From Balanoglossus misakiensis (Eukaryota; Animalia; Hemichordata): a stretch of DNA of 64,000 nt. Location of the stretch: the NCBI GenBank assembly GCA_040954595.2, contig CM082587.2:7243705-7307704 (forward strand), read 5' to 3'. The notes under the pieces are model-generated. The model saw nothing but the letters and a program-made list of their open reading frames with translations. It was not told the origin of the DNA and searched no databases. A program made the position numbers and the translations under genes. Each line of letters opens with the position of its first letter. The stretch's first letter is position 1. Shown here piece by piece: positions 38,690 through 53,600 of the stretch.

Positions 38690-41600
38690 ATGGGGTTTCT
38701 ACATCAACTGAGACTCTTGCTATGGAAGAATTTCACGTTAAAGAAGAGAATGCCCGTAAGTAAAAATAGTTTTCTGCTGTAAAAATATTGTGATGCGAGT
38801 CGGATGCATTATGACGATCGTAGATAGTCTTTTGCGTCACAGTTTTTTTTCGTCGCATTTGATCAGTCCGGTGAAGTTTAATTTTGTAAATAATTAATAA
38901 ACCTCGTCGCGTTCGCATTCTTGCTCGGAAGAAGGGAAAGCACGATCGACCGGTCGTGAATAAACGATGTCAATATATACATGTAGGTTGTGAGTCCGTC
39001 TTTTGTTAAACTTGACCGGCTGAATATTGTGCAACTGGGACACGGTGCGTGTCGGAACTCAAGGTCCCGTGGCAGGGCTAGCAGTTTAAAATCGAACTCT
39101 TTGTTTCCCCTAGAGGAGATTCGACGAGTGTCCTTCGACGAGTGTCTAGACTTTCCGAAATATAATCAAGCGCAACATGTCGGGGGGGGGGGGGGGGGGG
39201 GAGCGTGCGTGTCGGACTGGTCCGTCACCATGGTAACAACATGCTAGTTTTGCGGCCAAAAATGAACCGGCCATACTAGTATTTAACACACTCATTTGTG
39301 AGATGTGCTCAGCTTTGAGTGACCACATGTGGCAGTGAGGAGAAAAATCAACCCAGATATTGTTGTATCTCTACCAAAATAGAACCATGACATGACCTTG
39401 ACACAGAGCAGACTGCAGGGTGGAGGGGGGGGGGGGGTCACCATGTCACAAATACATTGTGTACCTTTATTGCCATACTAAACCTCAAAGCATTACCTAC
39501 CCTTGGAAATAATATTTAATTCAGGAAATTTACTGAGATATTGAAATTGACATCTAAATTTTTGTGTGATCTACTTTTAACGCTAACGATAAATTTTCAC
39601 GAGCCCCCCCCAAAACGCAAAAATAAAATGTTGCATAAAAATGTTTTTTTTTTTTTTTTCGGGGATAATGATGCAGTGAAATATGAACGCAGCAAAAATT
39701 AAGCGTCGCATAACAGTGGCCGCTTTTGATATCGCGAAAATTGCCTGTCATGAAAATTTCCTGTTTTTAATATAGTATGTACATACGCTCATACATACAT
39801 ATACACACTTACAACGCTGTGTTAAGGTACAGGTCAAGGTTTGTATCTGATACTGTCATGCCAAATATTAATTAATAATCTGAGATTATCGATTTATATC
39901 TAATCTGGTCAACCATAACAATTTTTTTCGGATCCAAGTTATGATAAGCACTGTATTGAAATACGGTTACCTTTAAAAATGATTAACTTTGTGGCAGCTG
40001 GCATAGCACCTTTGTGAAGACCAGACATTTCTACAATACAGGTGTTTCTCTCTTCAAAATTGATTATGATTAAAAACAAATAATTTGATAAAATAGATCA
40101 TAGTTAAAGATTACATGTGTGTAATTTACAGTTCATTTTGCATGCTATAATTTGTCAAAAGCCCCCTTCTGTCGTGGATATTTGATCAGATATGGTGCTT
40201 ACCCATGCATGTAATTAGTAATGAGTTTTAGGCTGCTTTTCCTATTCCATGTACGGTACTCATTGATGCTGAGGTCAAGTTTGAGGTCAAACACTGTGTG
40301 AGGTCAAACTCTGGTCAGCTTGTCTGTACTTGTGTGATGGTTGCATAACTGTGTCCTATCTATCCAATAAGTCAACTATTAAATACTTCAGGTCAACATT
40401 GGTTGGTTACTAATTGCTCATAAGTTGATTTTGTGATTGCCCTTCACAGGCACTTTGAGATAAAATGGCTCTGTGTCTATAGTTACAGGAACCTCCTTGA
40501 ACTTGCATACCTGTGTATTAAATATATTTCAATTAATTTGGAAATTCCTGGACATATCAGAAGCTGTGTGAACTGTGCAGTGTTAGTCTTTCATTCTATG
40601 TTTAAATTTGTATTTGGTGCGAATTTTCCTGGAACTTTATCTTGAAGGTACATCACTGAGTTGTCAAAGTATAGTTGGTCTATGTTACTTCATATGAAAG
40701 GATAAAACAAAAGGGTCAAAAAAGAGACTAGCTTCTACAGGACTTGCAGCGGCAGACCTTCAATGCAGCGGGCTTGGTTGCTAGTACAACAAAATATCAG
40801 GTGTTTTTTCTGCATACTAAAAATGCTGAATCATTGGTTGCCGGAGCGCTCTGCTTGCAATGAAAATTGTTTACTTGCACACGCCTGATGTAATATCCAT
40901 TGTGTTTCTACAAGCAGAACAGTTATTTAATACAGTTCACTAGAAACACAAAGCAATTCGCGTGAACATTGTTTTCTGTGGACTGACACATTACCAGTTG
41001 ACTGTCAAAATTTGTGAAATGTACTCTAGTTTACAAAGGAGATGTTTGGGTCTATCTTTAATATATGTTTTTTTCTGCATGTACTTTCGTGATCGACATG
41101 CAAAAATTAACTCATTATGACCATGATTTTTTTTGTAGTGTATTGTCCAGTTCAACCTGATAAAGTCTGCAAGTTTGTACATGTACATACTACATGTGTA
41201 TGATAATGAATACATTGCAAATGAGAAATCTTTTATCCTAAATCACAGTTTACTTTCCAAGGGCAAATGTTGCATAAACTTTAAACTGTAAAATTAACTC
41301 ATCAGATGTAAATTACACAATACAGACAATACACTAACAAGTCTAGGTTTGCTATTGATCATGAATTCATTACATGGTGTGCACAACCGAAATCAATGTC
41401 CAACCCTGAGGCTATGGTTGTATCAGGCTTTGTGAATGGTATTTTGCACTTTCAAAGTGTATTGGAATTCTGTCCTCTGGTTGACAGGTTAGATCACGAG
41501 GTTACTTCTAATTCTTGCCGTACACAATTTGCCTCAAAGAATTGATATAAATGTTAAAATAATGACTTTCTATTGTTGAAATTGCTCTGTCGATAAAAAC

Positions 41601-44600
41601 GCATGCACAGAGCTGAGCGTCCAAGAACATTGTACTGTTTCGGTCGTATGCCTGTGTGACTGTGAGTGACCCCTGTTCACAATTTATGTCAGCAACTCTG
41701 CCACCTGTTGTCCTCTGTTTTTGTTCTTTGACGCACATCCCTACGCATCTTTTGTTGTGATGTTTATGAAAAATCTGGCACACTACATACGCAGTGAGAA
41801 ATATTGGATATAGATTAGATTAAATAGGTACATTTTTAAGTCTATGATTTTCAAGGTCAATATGTGATGTCATCAGACAACTTCTAAAATGTGAATTTTA
41901 CATAAATTTTTGTTTCAAGAACTCTGCTGCATAATTTCAACATCACTGTACTGTATGGAAATAAAATCGCATAATTTTAAAACTACAAAAAGGCCGCATT
42001 TTAACTCTGTATCCATGGATACCGTCATTAGCAAATTCCAACACAGTATACCTCTATGTTTGTGTATTTAAATAATACTTTTTAATTGTGAAATGATAAC
42101 GGATTAACATGTCAAAAGCTCATCAGCGTTGATAATTGTGTTGACGTTGAAAACAAAGAAAGTGTGATCATTGCTCTGTTAGGAATATGGGAAAGATCAC
42201 AGTGTCATACTCAGTGTAACTGTTTCGTTTCTTGGTTTAATTTTTTAACCAAACAAAAAGATATAGAAACTATAATTGGTTTGATGTAAATTCAAGTGTT
42301 TCATGAATTCATTACTTGAAAAACGGCGATTTTCCACTCACATTGTATACTGTCATATTTTCTCTTTCCCGCTAGGTGATTGTGACCTTCGAGCTGGTCA
42401 TCCCCTTGGTCCTGTTTCTGGTTCTCACTTCAATTCGCATGCGGAAGCCGTCTGAGCCGAGACCACAAGGTGAGTACTGTCTACAAGAAAAGAATAAGAG
42501 AATTTAAGACATGGTCCTTCCTTATATACCAGTGAGTATTTCATCCAGGTTGGATGAGAGTAAAACTCGCACAAAAAAGAATAAATGGTAAAGACCGATT
42601 ATTCATTTTAGCGAGTTTTTTTTCAATCTTGTTTATACAAGAGGGATGGAAGGTGTGTGTAGTTGAACAGTGATTCACTATATATCCACATGTACATTAA
42701 TATAAACGGTGTCTTGTATCAAACATAATTAATGGAAAAGGGGCAGCGAGAGAGAGACTTTGTCCCTTGTAAGTTCCATTAGCTGTACCTTTTCGCTATG
42801 TTTTCAGTGTTTTTCGTTTTGCATATGTACTGCAGTTTCTTGTTCAAGTCCCTGAAGCATGATGAAATGCCCAGTATCAAGCTTATTAACACAACCTATA
42901 TACTGTGTATAGTGAACATTGTTATTGTGCAAAATTTGTATTCTAGTCCGGACTAGAATTCATATGTCAACAATAACAATGGCTGTTACACACATACAGG
43001 CTTATGTTGACAGAGTACTGGGTACATAAGCATGCTTTTTGGAGTAGAACAAGGAATTGTATTTGGTACACAGAACAAAAATTGGAAAATGAAACCAAAA
43101 GTTACAGCTAATGTCCCTTTAAATGAAATTCAGGGGATTTGAAATATGACTTCATGAGCAATTTAGTGTTTACAAGCTGAGGGTGTGGCTTGGCAAATCG
43201 TATTAATCCCCAGTCTGGGACTGGATGCATCCAACTGAATGAGTCATACATACATGTACTAGCCTAGTATTCTTTTTTCAGCTCAGCAAAAAATATACAT
43301 ACATGTAATTTTTGGGAGATACTAGTTGCTATTATTAGGCTGTACAAGTGCATATCCACATTATACTACATGCTCATTATGAAATGTTGAGCATAAAAAT
43401 TTAATATGCTAGTTTTCTGCTGAATTTCACTTTTAATTCAATTATTACAGGAATAAGGAAAATTTTGAATTTTGATGATTTTTTTTATGTCAAACTTATA
43501 CACCAGCAGGAAAATCTTTTGTCAAAAGTTCCAAATTTGTTAGATTGAAAGCACCGTACTGTGCTAGGAATAGCCCTTTTCATGTGACTGAATACCACCC
43601 AGCTGGGACTTGACACTGTCCAGATAATATATGTAAGCATCACATGCAGCATTGGACCCCCATGGCTTCATATAGTTTCTGTATTAATCTCTCACAAAAC
43701 ACACCAGTAATGATGTGCATGTAGGCCGTCATGATCACAATTCACTTGCACACATGAATCTTCCGTATCTGATCAAGCTTCCCAATCACAGACTGTAATT
43801 TATAGTTTTTGTCAGATATACAGTAATGCTGTTGCATCATTTGTCATTGCAAAACTGTCCCATTTTCTTGAATTTGCAATGTAGTATATTTTATCCCATG
43901 TCCAATAAATTATTTTCATCTGTGAGTTATGACGGTGTTGTGTGGAAAGAGATTCCATTTTTGGGTTGTACCATCAGTCATATTTCACACAAATCATAGT
44001 TTTTCGGTATTGTTATATCGTTGTAATCTTTCCTGATGATTTCAACCTTGAGTTAATCAAAAAATGTGGTTGCATTAATAGATATTTTGTACTGGCACCA
44101 TGTTTTCTCCAGTATTACACTCGGGCACAATTTACTGCAAATATTTCTATGCTTTCAGCGTACAGCATAATAATTTGATGATACGACTGTCCCAGAAATT
44201 GACAAATTAGATTTTCAAATGGCATGAATTTTTATTTGATTACTCAATTTTCCAAGCCTACAGAATTTCTTTCATGGATTGATGTTATATAATTTGAACA
44301 AAAAAGCATAAAAATAACAGTTGGCAGCCCAGTTGACACAACCTATTCATTCCAGACTCATCTACAACTGTTAAACATCAAAATGGACGTGAAATCATAA
44401 AGATATTAACTATGCATTGAAGATTCATAAAAAACTAAAAATAGGTCCTTTCTGCCAGACCCACTGTAAATCTTGATGTAATTAGTTGATTATTGATAAG
44501 ACCATCGCCATGGTGTTTCCGTTGGCGACCACTTTTTTTTTCAAAAATGTGGCATCTAGGTCCTGATAAATCACCATTATAGTCATGCCTGGATAAATAC

Positions 44601-47600
44601 TCAGACAGTAATCAACCAACAGTTGCTGCTGTCATGTAATTTCTAATTAATTAAACTTTCAATAAACACGGAAAATAAATTATTAGATAAAAATGAAATC
44701 CCACTGCGTACATTTTGCCAGAATGGAAGCATTAGACCATGCACATACAATGTACATATACTACAGACGAAGCAGATTATTATAAAACTCCATACCATTC
44801 AACTGGAACTGTGCATGTACTGGTATGTATGATGTACAGATAGATTGACCAACTATACATGTCAGAGAACTACTGACTGTTCATTGAGAGGCAAAATTTG
44901 TAGACAAAAGGCCACAGGACTGTGTCCTGTGGTGAAAGGTAACACTTATGGATAAAAATGATCCACTACGGGATTGAAAACCACAAACTGAAGAGCAAAA
45001 CCCGTGAACTAAAAAAAATATGACCCTGTCTATAGACTGAATAGTGTTCATTAAATTCCATCATACTGTGGTTTACCAACGACAGATGATTGCGTGTAAG
45101 CCCTGAAAGTGACAGATATGTCTTTTAATCTTGTCTTCTGTTGTTACTTTCTCGACGTTTTGAACTTAAGAGGAAATTAAATTGTTCAGGACAGTATCAT
45201 ACTAACAGTGTGTCAAGATAGTAAGTGGTTGTGAACAGGGAATAATCATGGAGGTAACAATGGAAGGATTCGCAGTGCCTTTGTAAGAACTCCACTCCAT
45301 GATGGATAGTCACATATGAATGATGAGATACATTAGTGACTTGCATGTTGTCTGAGCCTTCTGAAGATAAGTGGCCATATTTATTTTTGAGATAATCGAG
45401 TTATTATACATATAAGTCACGTGTACCAGTAATGCATTTCGTCTGATGTACTGATTGTCAGAAAATGTCGTTTTTAAAACCAACAGCTATCATTTTATAA
45501 GTGGCTGCATTTTGTGATTATGAAATGGAGAACCTGAAACAAATGTTGTCTAAAGTTGGGGGGGGGGGGGGGTTACTTTGGTAAATCTAATATGGCAGAT
45601 TGGGAAAAAAATATGGCAACTGCATTCTTATAGCAGCTTACCGTGCTGCACCAATTGGGTGGACTGGACTAAGTGCAATGGAAGTGATCACAGTCCTGTA
45701 GGATTGTCAGGGTTTTACATTACCGGTTGGTCTACATGAATTGTAGTCTCTATGCTCAAGTGTCTGTTGTATTTGTGAGCATAAGGAATCGAACGTACTA
45801 CTGTAAAACACTTTTTTTCGCGAGTTGAAATTTTTGCGATATCGAAAGAGGCCACTGTTTCGCGAGTATTAATTTTCGCGTTCTCTTATTTCATTCACTG
45901 CATCGTTATCTTCAAAAAAATTTACGTGACTTTTTATTTTCACGCTATTTTGGCTCTCGCGTATTTCGCGAAAATTTATTGCTCGCGAAAATAAAGTGTT
46001 TTACAGTTAATACGCTGAAGTGCAAATGCACACCTCAAGCAACATTGACACTCATAATACAAGGAGATACAAATGTAGGGAAAGCATGTGGGTGAGGTGA
46101 ATGGTAATAAGGTGAGATGAGAGATGGTCGCTCGGAAAAGCATGGCTGCACTGATTTAGTTTCCTTCCATGAATTATTAATTGTATGTCACTTGACCAAG
46201 ATTGATTACATCTAGATGCATGTGGCAGTCATGGTTCAGCCACGCAAGCAAATATCTCCCATGGATGTATTAATGCATGGATGGAGTGTAAAACACATAT
46301 AACATTCTGTAGAAGCAGAAAAATACATGTACATGTACTAAAACATAAATGGGTTGGATGAAATGAGTCGATTTTCACTTTAGGACGTGGTTATCTCATT
46401 TCTCTGAATTAAGACCTTTTGGAATGAAAATAAAATACTTTATTTCTGTTACCTGTCCTCATGTCCTGTATAATAATATATTATAAGAAATTATTCACAT
46501 TTCAAGACTAAGGAAAGAAAAATGAGAAGATAGGCAGATTAAAATGAACCAAGCTTTAGAGTTTCAATTAGGAAGTTTTCCAGGAAAGGGAGAGTGAATC
46601 TAAAAGCAAATGAAATACACCCTTCCCAAAGGATGACAGCCCGAAGGCATCATTAGATACTCATCTACTATGCATGGTACATGTACAGTACGAAACATAG
46701 AAGAAAATGTTTGTAAAAGATCATTTCAAGGTCATAGGCATAATTCTGACAGCGTTACATATGATTTTCTTTAAAATTGTTACCATACATTACTGTCTTA
46801 TTGTATGCATGGTTTCTTCTGCCACATGTAATTTACAGATTTTCTGATTTTTTTATTTCCCAGATGTCTTCTATGCTCAGCCTTTGCCGTCAGCCGGGAT
46901 TATTCCTTTACTGCAGTCGTTCTGTCCGGATGGCGAGAGAGATCCGTATGGATTCCCCAAGTACCCAAACTCCATGTAGGTATAACATTTCTCCAGCAGC
47001 GATAGGAAGGGTTCATGGATTTATAGCTGGGGAAGTATAGCTCTTACAGTGTTCCAGCGAAACTACATGTGGGAAACCTTTCAAAGTATTATTTCTTGGG
47101 TAATGCTGGAGTGTGTACGTAGTCTTGAGTGCTATTAAAGTGGATTATGATATTATGTTTTCTACAGCTTTTAAAAACCACCACTTTACTGCATTTTAAA
47201 AGTTATTGATGGAAAGCTTAATTTTGATATTTCCAACCCTATACTGTTTCCATTTTCTTCTCAAATGGTTGGGTCATTTAAAATACTCCTCTTGATTATA
47301 ATTGAGATAATTGACTAGTGGTTTTTGTACTGGAACACTAGAGTGTAGCACTGTTAATTTTTGTCATACTTTGAAGAGCATGACAGTCCTGGACAGTGAA
47401 ACTATTAACATTTATGTTGAATATAAGGGTTAATTTCTAGCTACCAGTATATATAATTCACAAATGAAGTACTGGCTAAATTTACAGACGTTTTGTTTGT
47501 TATACTTGGGTGGTGTGCACGTGTGATGAGTGGAACTTGATTGGTAGACTTGAAAATGTATGTGTTTCATTGTTATGAGGGGAATAGTCAGGGATCATTT

Positions 47601-50600
47601 GCATATTCAAGTTCAGGATCGACATCAAATTGGCATATGGTTTGTACCAGGACTATTTCCACCATCCACAAATGCCAGCAACTTGCCTCAGACATATGCC
47701 AGGCTCTTTAGACAGGATTTGACTTTGAGGTTTCTGACTCTAACAGATGAGCCTGTAAATAGCTCGTTATATACTGGGAGGAAATACTCGTTAACACTTA
47801 ATTATGAATATGTAAATTTTTGACAGTGACATCTATCATATTCAAAAACCAGGTTGTGATGTGTGCACATAATTGAAGTATTTCGGTGAAAACATATGGC
47901 CTTTTTATATGAAAAGAAACACTATTTTACATCGCACTGGCGACCTATAGAAATACTGCAATATTGTTATCACCATGGGTTTTAGTTTTATCCACCATTA
48001 AAGTTCTGACCAAAAATATCCTGAGTTCTATTTGTCACGTATTGTAAGCATTCGCGTGAAAGTGAAAGGAACAAGAGTGTTTATCTGTGTTTCACTTAAT
48101 ATAGAAATATGCTTTGTAGTCACTAAGTCAGTTGTTACATCTGGGACTGGTGTATTGGTATAATGTGACACTTCTTGTACCTAACAACATTACATTCCTT
48201 TTCATAGCACTGATGAAAACAACAATAAAATTGATATTGGCAACCAGTTCAAGCAAGGGTTGGCCAACATTTTAAAACCACATTGTACAAAAAGTCTGCA
48301 TCTTGTTTTATTTTGAATGAGTTTCCCTATGTCCCAGCCTCCATTGTTTTAATTTTAATATCTGAACCAACAGTTGTATATGTATAGATCATGTAATAAA
48401 GAAAATTGCAATGATTATCATGAAAATGTGAAAACTTAAAAATAATATCCATCATAATGTCAAATGGTATTAGCTGTGTCCCTTCAGATTTCAAAGAAAA
48501 AAATCAATACTCCTTTTAAATGGACAGGATGGATATTCTAAGAACACATCTCATATTGATAATTCAACTTTCATGTTTTTTTCTTATGCCACAGGGTGCA
48601 TCAGTTTCTGAACAAAGTGAGGAAGGTGGTGTCTGACAACAAATTATTCGACCAAGACTTTACAGTAGATGATATCAAGATTCTGCCGGATACCTTTAAA
48701 GATGTTCTTACTGATCATGACAGCATTGAGGAGAGATTTGCAACAGCTGATGGTAAGTACTGTACAACCTTGTCTGTCCAAGTGTATTTCAAAATCTCAG
48801 TTGTGTCGTAGATATTGTCTATTGGGTTTTATTATACAGCAGCTAGCTATCCCTTTGGTAGCTGTACATGTTCTTCTAATTTACTTAAATCTTGGCAAAA
48901 CTTGTAACTTTAATACACAGAATGTTGAGTTCTACAAATGATCTAGAAAACATTAAAAATGAACATTTTGAATAAATTAAATATTTTTGTCCAAAAATAA
49001 AATCACTAGATGCTTTGAATACTGAGAAAACATGCCAACATGAATTTGAGAATCTAATTATACACATGCAGCAGAAAACAAATTTCTCTGCCAAACCTAA
49101 ATATACTAAAACAGGTGGTCGATATTGTGAGGCTAAAAAAGTACAGGGTTTGAGAGAGTGTCTGTAGTTTGCACAAAATGATGGTACTGTACACATTATA
49201 ATAGTGGTGGCTAATTACTTTGTAGTATGACTTCATCTGTTGGATTTAGTCTCGGGAAGACATTGTGGAAATCATTTTGCCACTTTCTTCATCAAAAACA
49301 ATAGATAATTAGTTGACTAGAAAGGCATGGCTCCAATTTTATGTCATGAAATATATAGAGTGAATTTAATGAGATGACTGACATGGCTTCCTTGTGGGAA
49401 TGCAAAGCCAGACACAGGAAGATGACAAGACAAAGGGCTTGCGTCGTCTGTTCACCGTCAAGCATGTGTTCAGTGACAGAAGAAAATAAAAGAGGCACAT
49501 GTTTTATTTCACAACGGCAGTATGATAGCTTCATTGTCCAATCAACATGTCAACCTTCATGCAGACTTTGGTTTCTTATAGTGTAATTTGCTTTAGCATT
49601 GTAGTTACCCTTCAGTCTTCCATCCCCTAATTACCCAAATTAATACCCTAATTATCTTCCACTACAGCTGATTTGAACTGTGTGGTGTAAAATTGATCAA
49701 AAGTCTTTAATTAGTATTTTTATGTTGCATTGCCGGACCGCCCACACAGGACTGAATCTTTCAGTCTACTTTATATCAGATTGTTTTGCCATTCATAACC
49801 CATGGTCTTCAAAATTTCATAGAATGAAAGTGTACACAGTTATGGTACAATAAATTCATCATTTTATGAAAGCATGTCTACTTTTGCAAATAAACAAAAT
49901 ATATATGCTGAGAAGAATCATTTTATATAAAAAAAGTTTAGGTGCAGTGCAAATTTATAAGAGCTGAGACATTTTCATACGGTCAATATAATGAAAAACC
50001 TTCCATATTAAATGCCGTATATGGTGCTGTGCTCTTTCTCATTCAAAGAAAATACCAACCAAACTTTGAGTCATTGATTTAGATATTTTTGTGAACAGCT
50101 GTTGCCCAGCATTACGGTAATCCTTTGATATCCTGGCTTTTACCAAATGGTGACCGCTGGTTATTTTCCAATTGAAGTGACCATACATGACCTTATATTC
50201 TGGGCATAACGTGAGCAAACTTGGCATTGGCCATGAAATTCCAGAATATTTTGGCAACGTTTCAGGAAAATATGCTTGCCTGAGTCTGTAGCTTGTTATA
50301 TGGCAAGCCTCAGGGGTCTTAAGTATAGCAATAGTAGTATTTAATGTTGAAGTAGTACGATTATATTTTGATTCGTTAATATATTATAAATAAATAGTAG
50401 TATTTAATGTTGAAGTAGTACGATTATATTTTGATTCGTTAATATATTATAAATAAATAGTAGTATTTAATGTTGAAGTAGTACGATTATATTTTGATTC
50501 GTTAATATATTATAAATAAATAGTAGTATTTAATGTTGAAGTAGTACGATTATATTTTGATTCGTTAATATATTATAAATAAATAGTAGTATTTAATGTT

Positions 50601-53600
50601 GAAGTAGTACGATTATATGACACTTTGCAAGTATTATTATTATTTACTTGTTTACTACCTCACTAGAGGGCGCACAATTTTATTGTCGGCCATTTTCTGT
50701 TTGTTTTGCGCGTCTCTGGCAGTCGCAGTCGAAAGAGATGGATATCGAGGCAATATTGCACGAAATAAATTTGGCAACGTTGGTAGAGAGGTTCAAATAT
50801 GAGCGGATTGAAGCTCCCACCGTTCTTTCCATGACGGAAGGGGAAATAAAGAGATTGGGAGTTACAAGAGCAGGTGATCGAGTGCGACTCCGAGACCTTT
50901 GCAAGGAAGCAACTCAGCCGTCACCGGCCTAGCTCTGCGTACAGGTCTGTGTGTTCCCGGCGTTACACAGCCTCCACCACAGCCCTGCAAGGCGCCATAG
51001 AAAAAACTGGTGCTTCTGCGGTCCGGATCCGGACTGCAGCTTTTTCGGCCGAAATTCGATTTTATCGAAGCAAAATCCTTTCCCTGTCTACTTCTGCCCC
51101 CTAACCGACTCCAAATATGATGCGATTAACTTGTCCTAACGTCCGAACCGCTCGCTTTCTAAAACTTTTTTGTTTACCCATGGAGATAAACTCGCTGTAA
51201 GCTTTATATTTAATATGGCGATCTCAACATGTAAACACACAAAAATGAATCAAACGCGAGTGGTTCGGACGTTAGGACAAGTTAATGGCATCATATTTGG
51301 AGTCGGTTAGGGACCGTTCAGTTTTTACGGCCGGGGGGGGGGCGGCAAAATCCAGGGGGGGGGGGGGTCACTTGAATTTTGAAGTCCACAAGGGGGGGGG
51401 GTCATCTGGTTTTTTTAAACGTTTAGGGGGGGGGGTCACATACTTTCGCCACGGAACTTTTGCTTTTGAGTCCACAAAATTGCAGTTTCGCACCCTTTAT
51501 TTTACAAATAAACACCCCCTCCCACACCCACCCCCTTCATTATCCGCCACATGTCATTTTTTGCTGGTTTGTCTAGTGAACCAGGGCAGACTGCTTGCCA
51601 CCCCAAAACCCACCGATGATAAAATTTAACAAAGTGAATACATAAAGGAGAATAATTGTTTAAACCATTTTGCATAACTGATAGTTTCGCGCTGCATCTT
51701 CTATATACTAGAAGTTTTAAATGATGTCATGGCGAAGATGACGCCAAATCTTCTAACTTTGAGTGGAGTGGCAAAAAGTAAAATTGGTCCTCCCAAACAT
51801 TGAGATAATTTGCTTTTGACTTCATTAAAATGCAACTTTACGCTACATATTTTACAAAATTTTCTTATGTGGGAGGGGTTGTCCCCCTCCCACACCGACC
51901 CCCGTCACTTTTCTTGTTTTACCGATTCCTGCAACTATTGTATTGACTTGTCATTTTAATTTGTTCATAGATTTCTTTATTGCAATGATATACTATTATA
52001 TACTTCAATAATACTTTAAGAAATTTATAATTGAGGTGTGAGGAGCCTCATTCCCTTTATTGCATACAGTGTACATAGGATCAGGACGGCGAATGTTTTG
52101 GGCGTGGGGGGGGGTCATCATATTTTTGGGTCTGTCAAAGGGGGGGGGCATCATTTTTTGGTCCTGGGTGAAGGGGGGGTCGGCCTGATTTTGAGAACCG
52201 ATGACACAAACTTGCCGCCCCCCCCCCTGCCGTGAAAACTGAACGGTCCCTTAATAGGGGGCAGAAGTAGACAGGGAAAGGATTTTGCTTCGATAAAATC
52301 GAATTTCGGCCGAAAAAGCTGCAGTCCGGATCCGGACCGCAGAAGCACCAGTTTTTTCTATGGCGCCTTGCAGGGCTGTGGTGGAGGCTGTGTAACGCCG
52401 GGAACACACAGACCTGTACGCAGAGCTAGGCCGGTGACGGCTGAGTTGCTTCCTTGCAAAGGTCTCGGAGTCGTACTCGATCACCTGCTCTTGTAACTCC
52501 CAATCTCTTTATTTCCCCTTCCGTCATGGAAAGAACGGTGGGAGCTTCAATCCGCTCATATTTGAACCTCTCTACCAACGTTGCCAAATTTATTTCGTGC
52601 AATATTGCCTCGATATCCATCTCTTTCGACTGCGACTGCCAGAGACGCGCAAAACAAACAGAAAATGGCCGACAATAAAATTGTGCGCCCTCTAGTGAGG
52701 TAGTAAACAAGTAAATAATAATAATACTTGCAAAGTGTCATATAATCGTACTACTTCAACATTAAATACTACTATTTATTTATAATATATTAACGAATCA
52801 AAATATAATCGTACTACTTCAACATTAAATACTACTATTTATTTATAATATATTAACGAATCAAAATATAATCGTACTACTTCAACATTAAATACTACTA
52901 TTTATTTATAATATATTAACGAATCAAAATATAATCGTACTACTTCAACATTATATACTACTATTTATTTATAATATATTAACGAATCAAAATATAATCG
53001 TACTACTTCAACATTAAATACTACTATTTATTTATAATATATTAACGAATCAAAATATAATCGTACTACTTCAACATTATATACTACTATTTATTTATAA
53101 TATATTAACGAATCAAAATATAATCGTACTACTTCAACATTAAATACTACTATTTATTTATAATATATTAACGAATCAAAATATAATCGTACTACTTCAA
53201 CATTATATACTACTATTTATTTATAATATATTAACGAATCAAAATATAATCGTACTACTTCAACATTAAATACTACTATTTATTTATAATATATTAACGA
53301 ATCAAAATATAATCGTACTACTTCAACATTATATACTACTATTTATTTATAATATATTAACGAATCAAAATATAATCGTACTACTTCAACATTAAATACT
53401 ACTATTTATTTATAATATATTAACGAATCAAAATATAATCGTACTACTTCAACATTAAATACTACTATTTATTTATAATATATTAACGAATCAAAATATA
53501 ATCGTACTACTTCAACATTAAATACTACTATTTATTTATAATATATTAACAAATCAAAATATAATCGTACTACTTCAACATTAAATACTACTATTTATTT

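Larger units (their letters stand above)
50930..52428. mobile_element. Nested TAG...CTA (Academ-like end) element
   Basis: GGCC|TAGCTCTGCGTACAGGTC...GACCTGTACGCAGAGCTA|GGCC; the same terminus occurs independently at 31799-31874. Confidence 0.6.

Noticed and set aside
28642-38755. Fucosyltransferase beside ABCA2 as an ortholog of human FUT7 (a neighbour of ABCA2)
   Set aside because: FUT7 is a GT10 enzyme; this protein lacks the GT10 motif and has O-FucT-type motifs, so the adjacency is probably coincidental.
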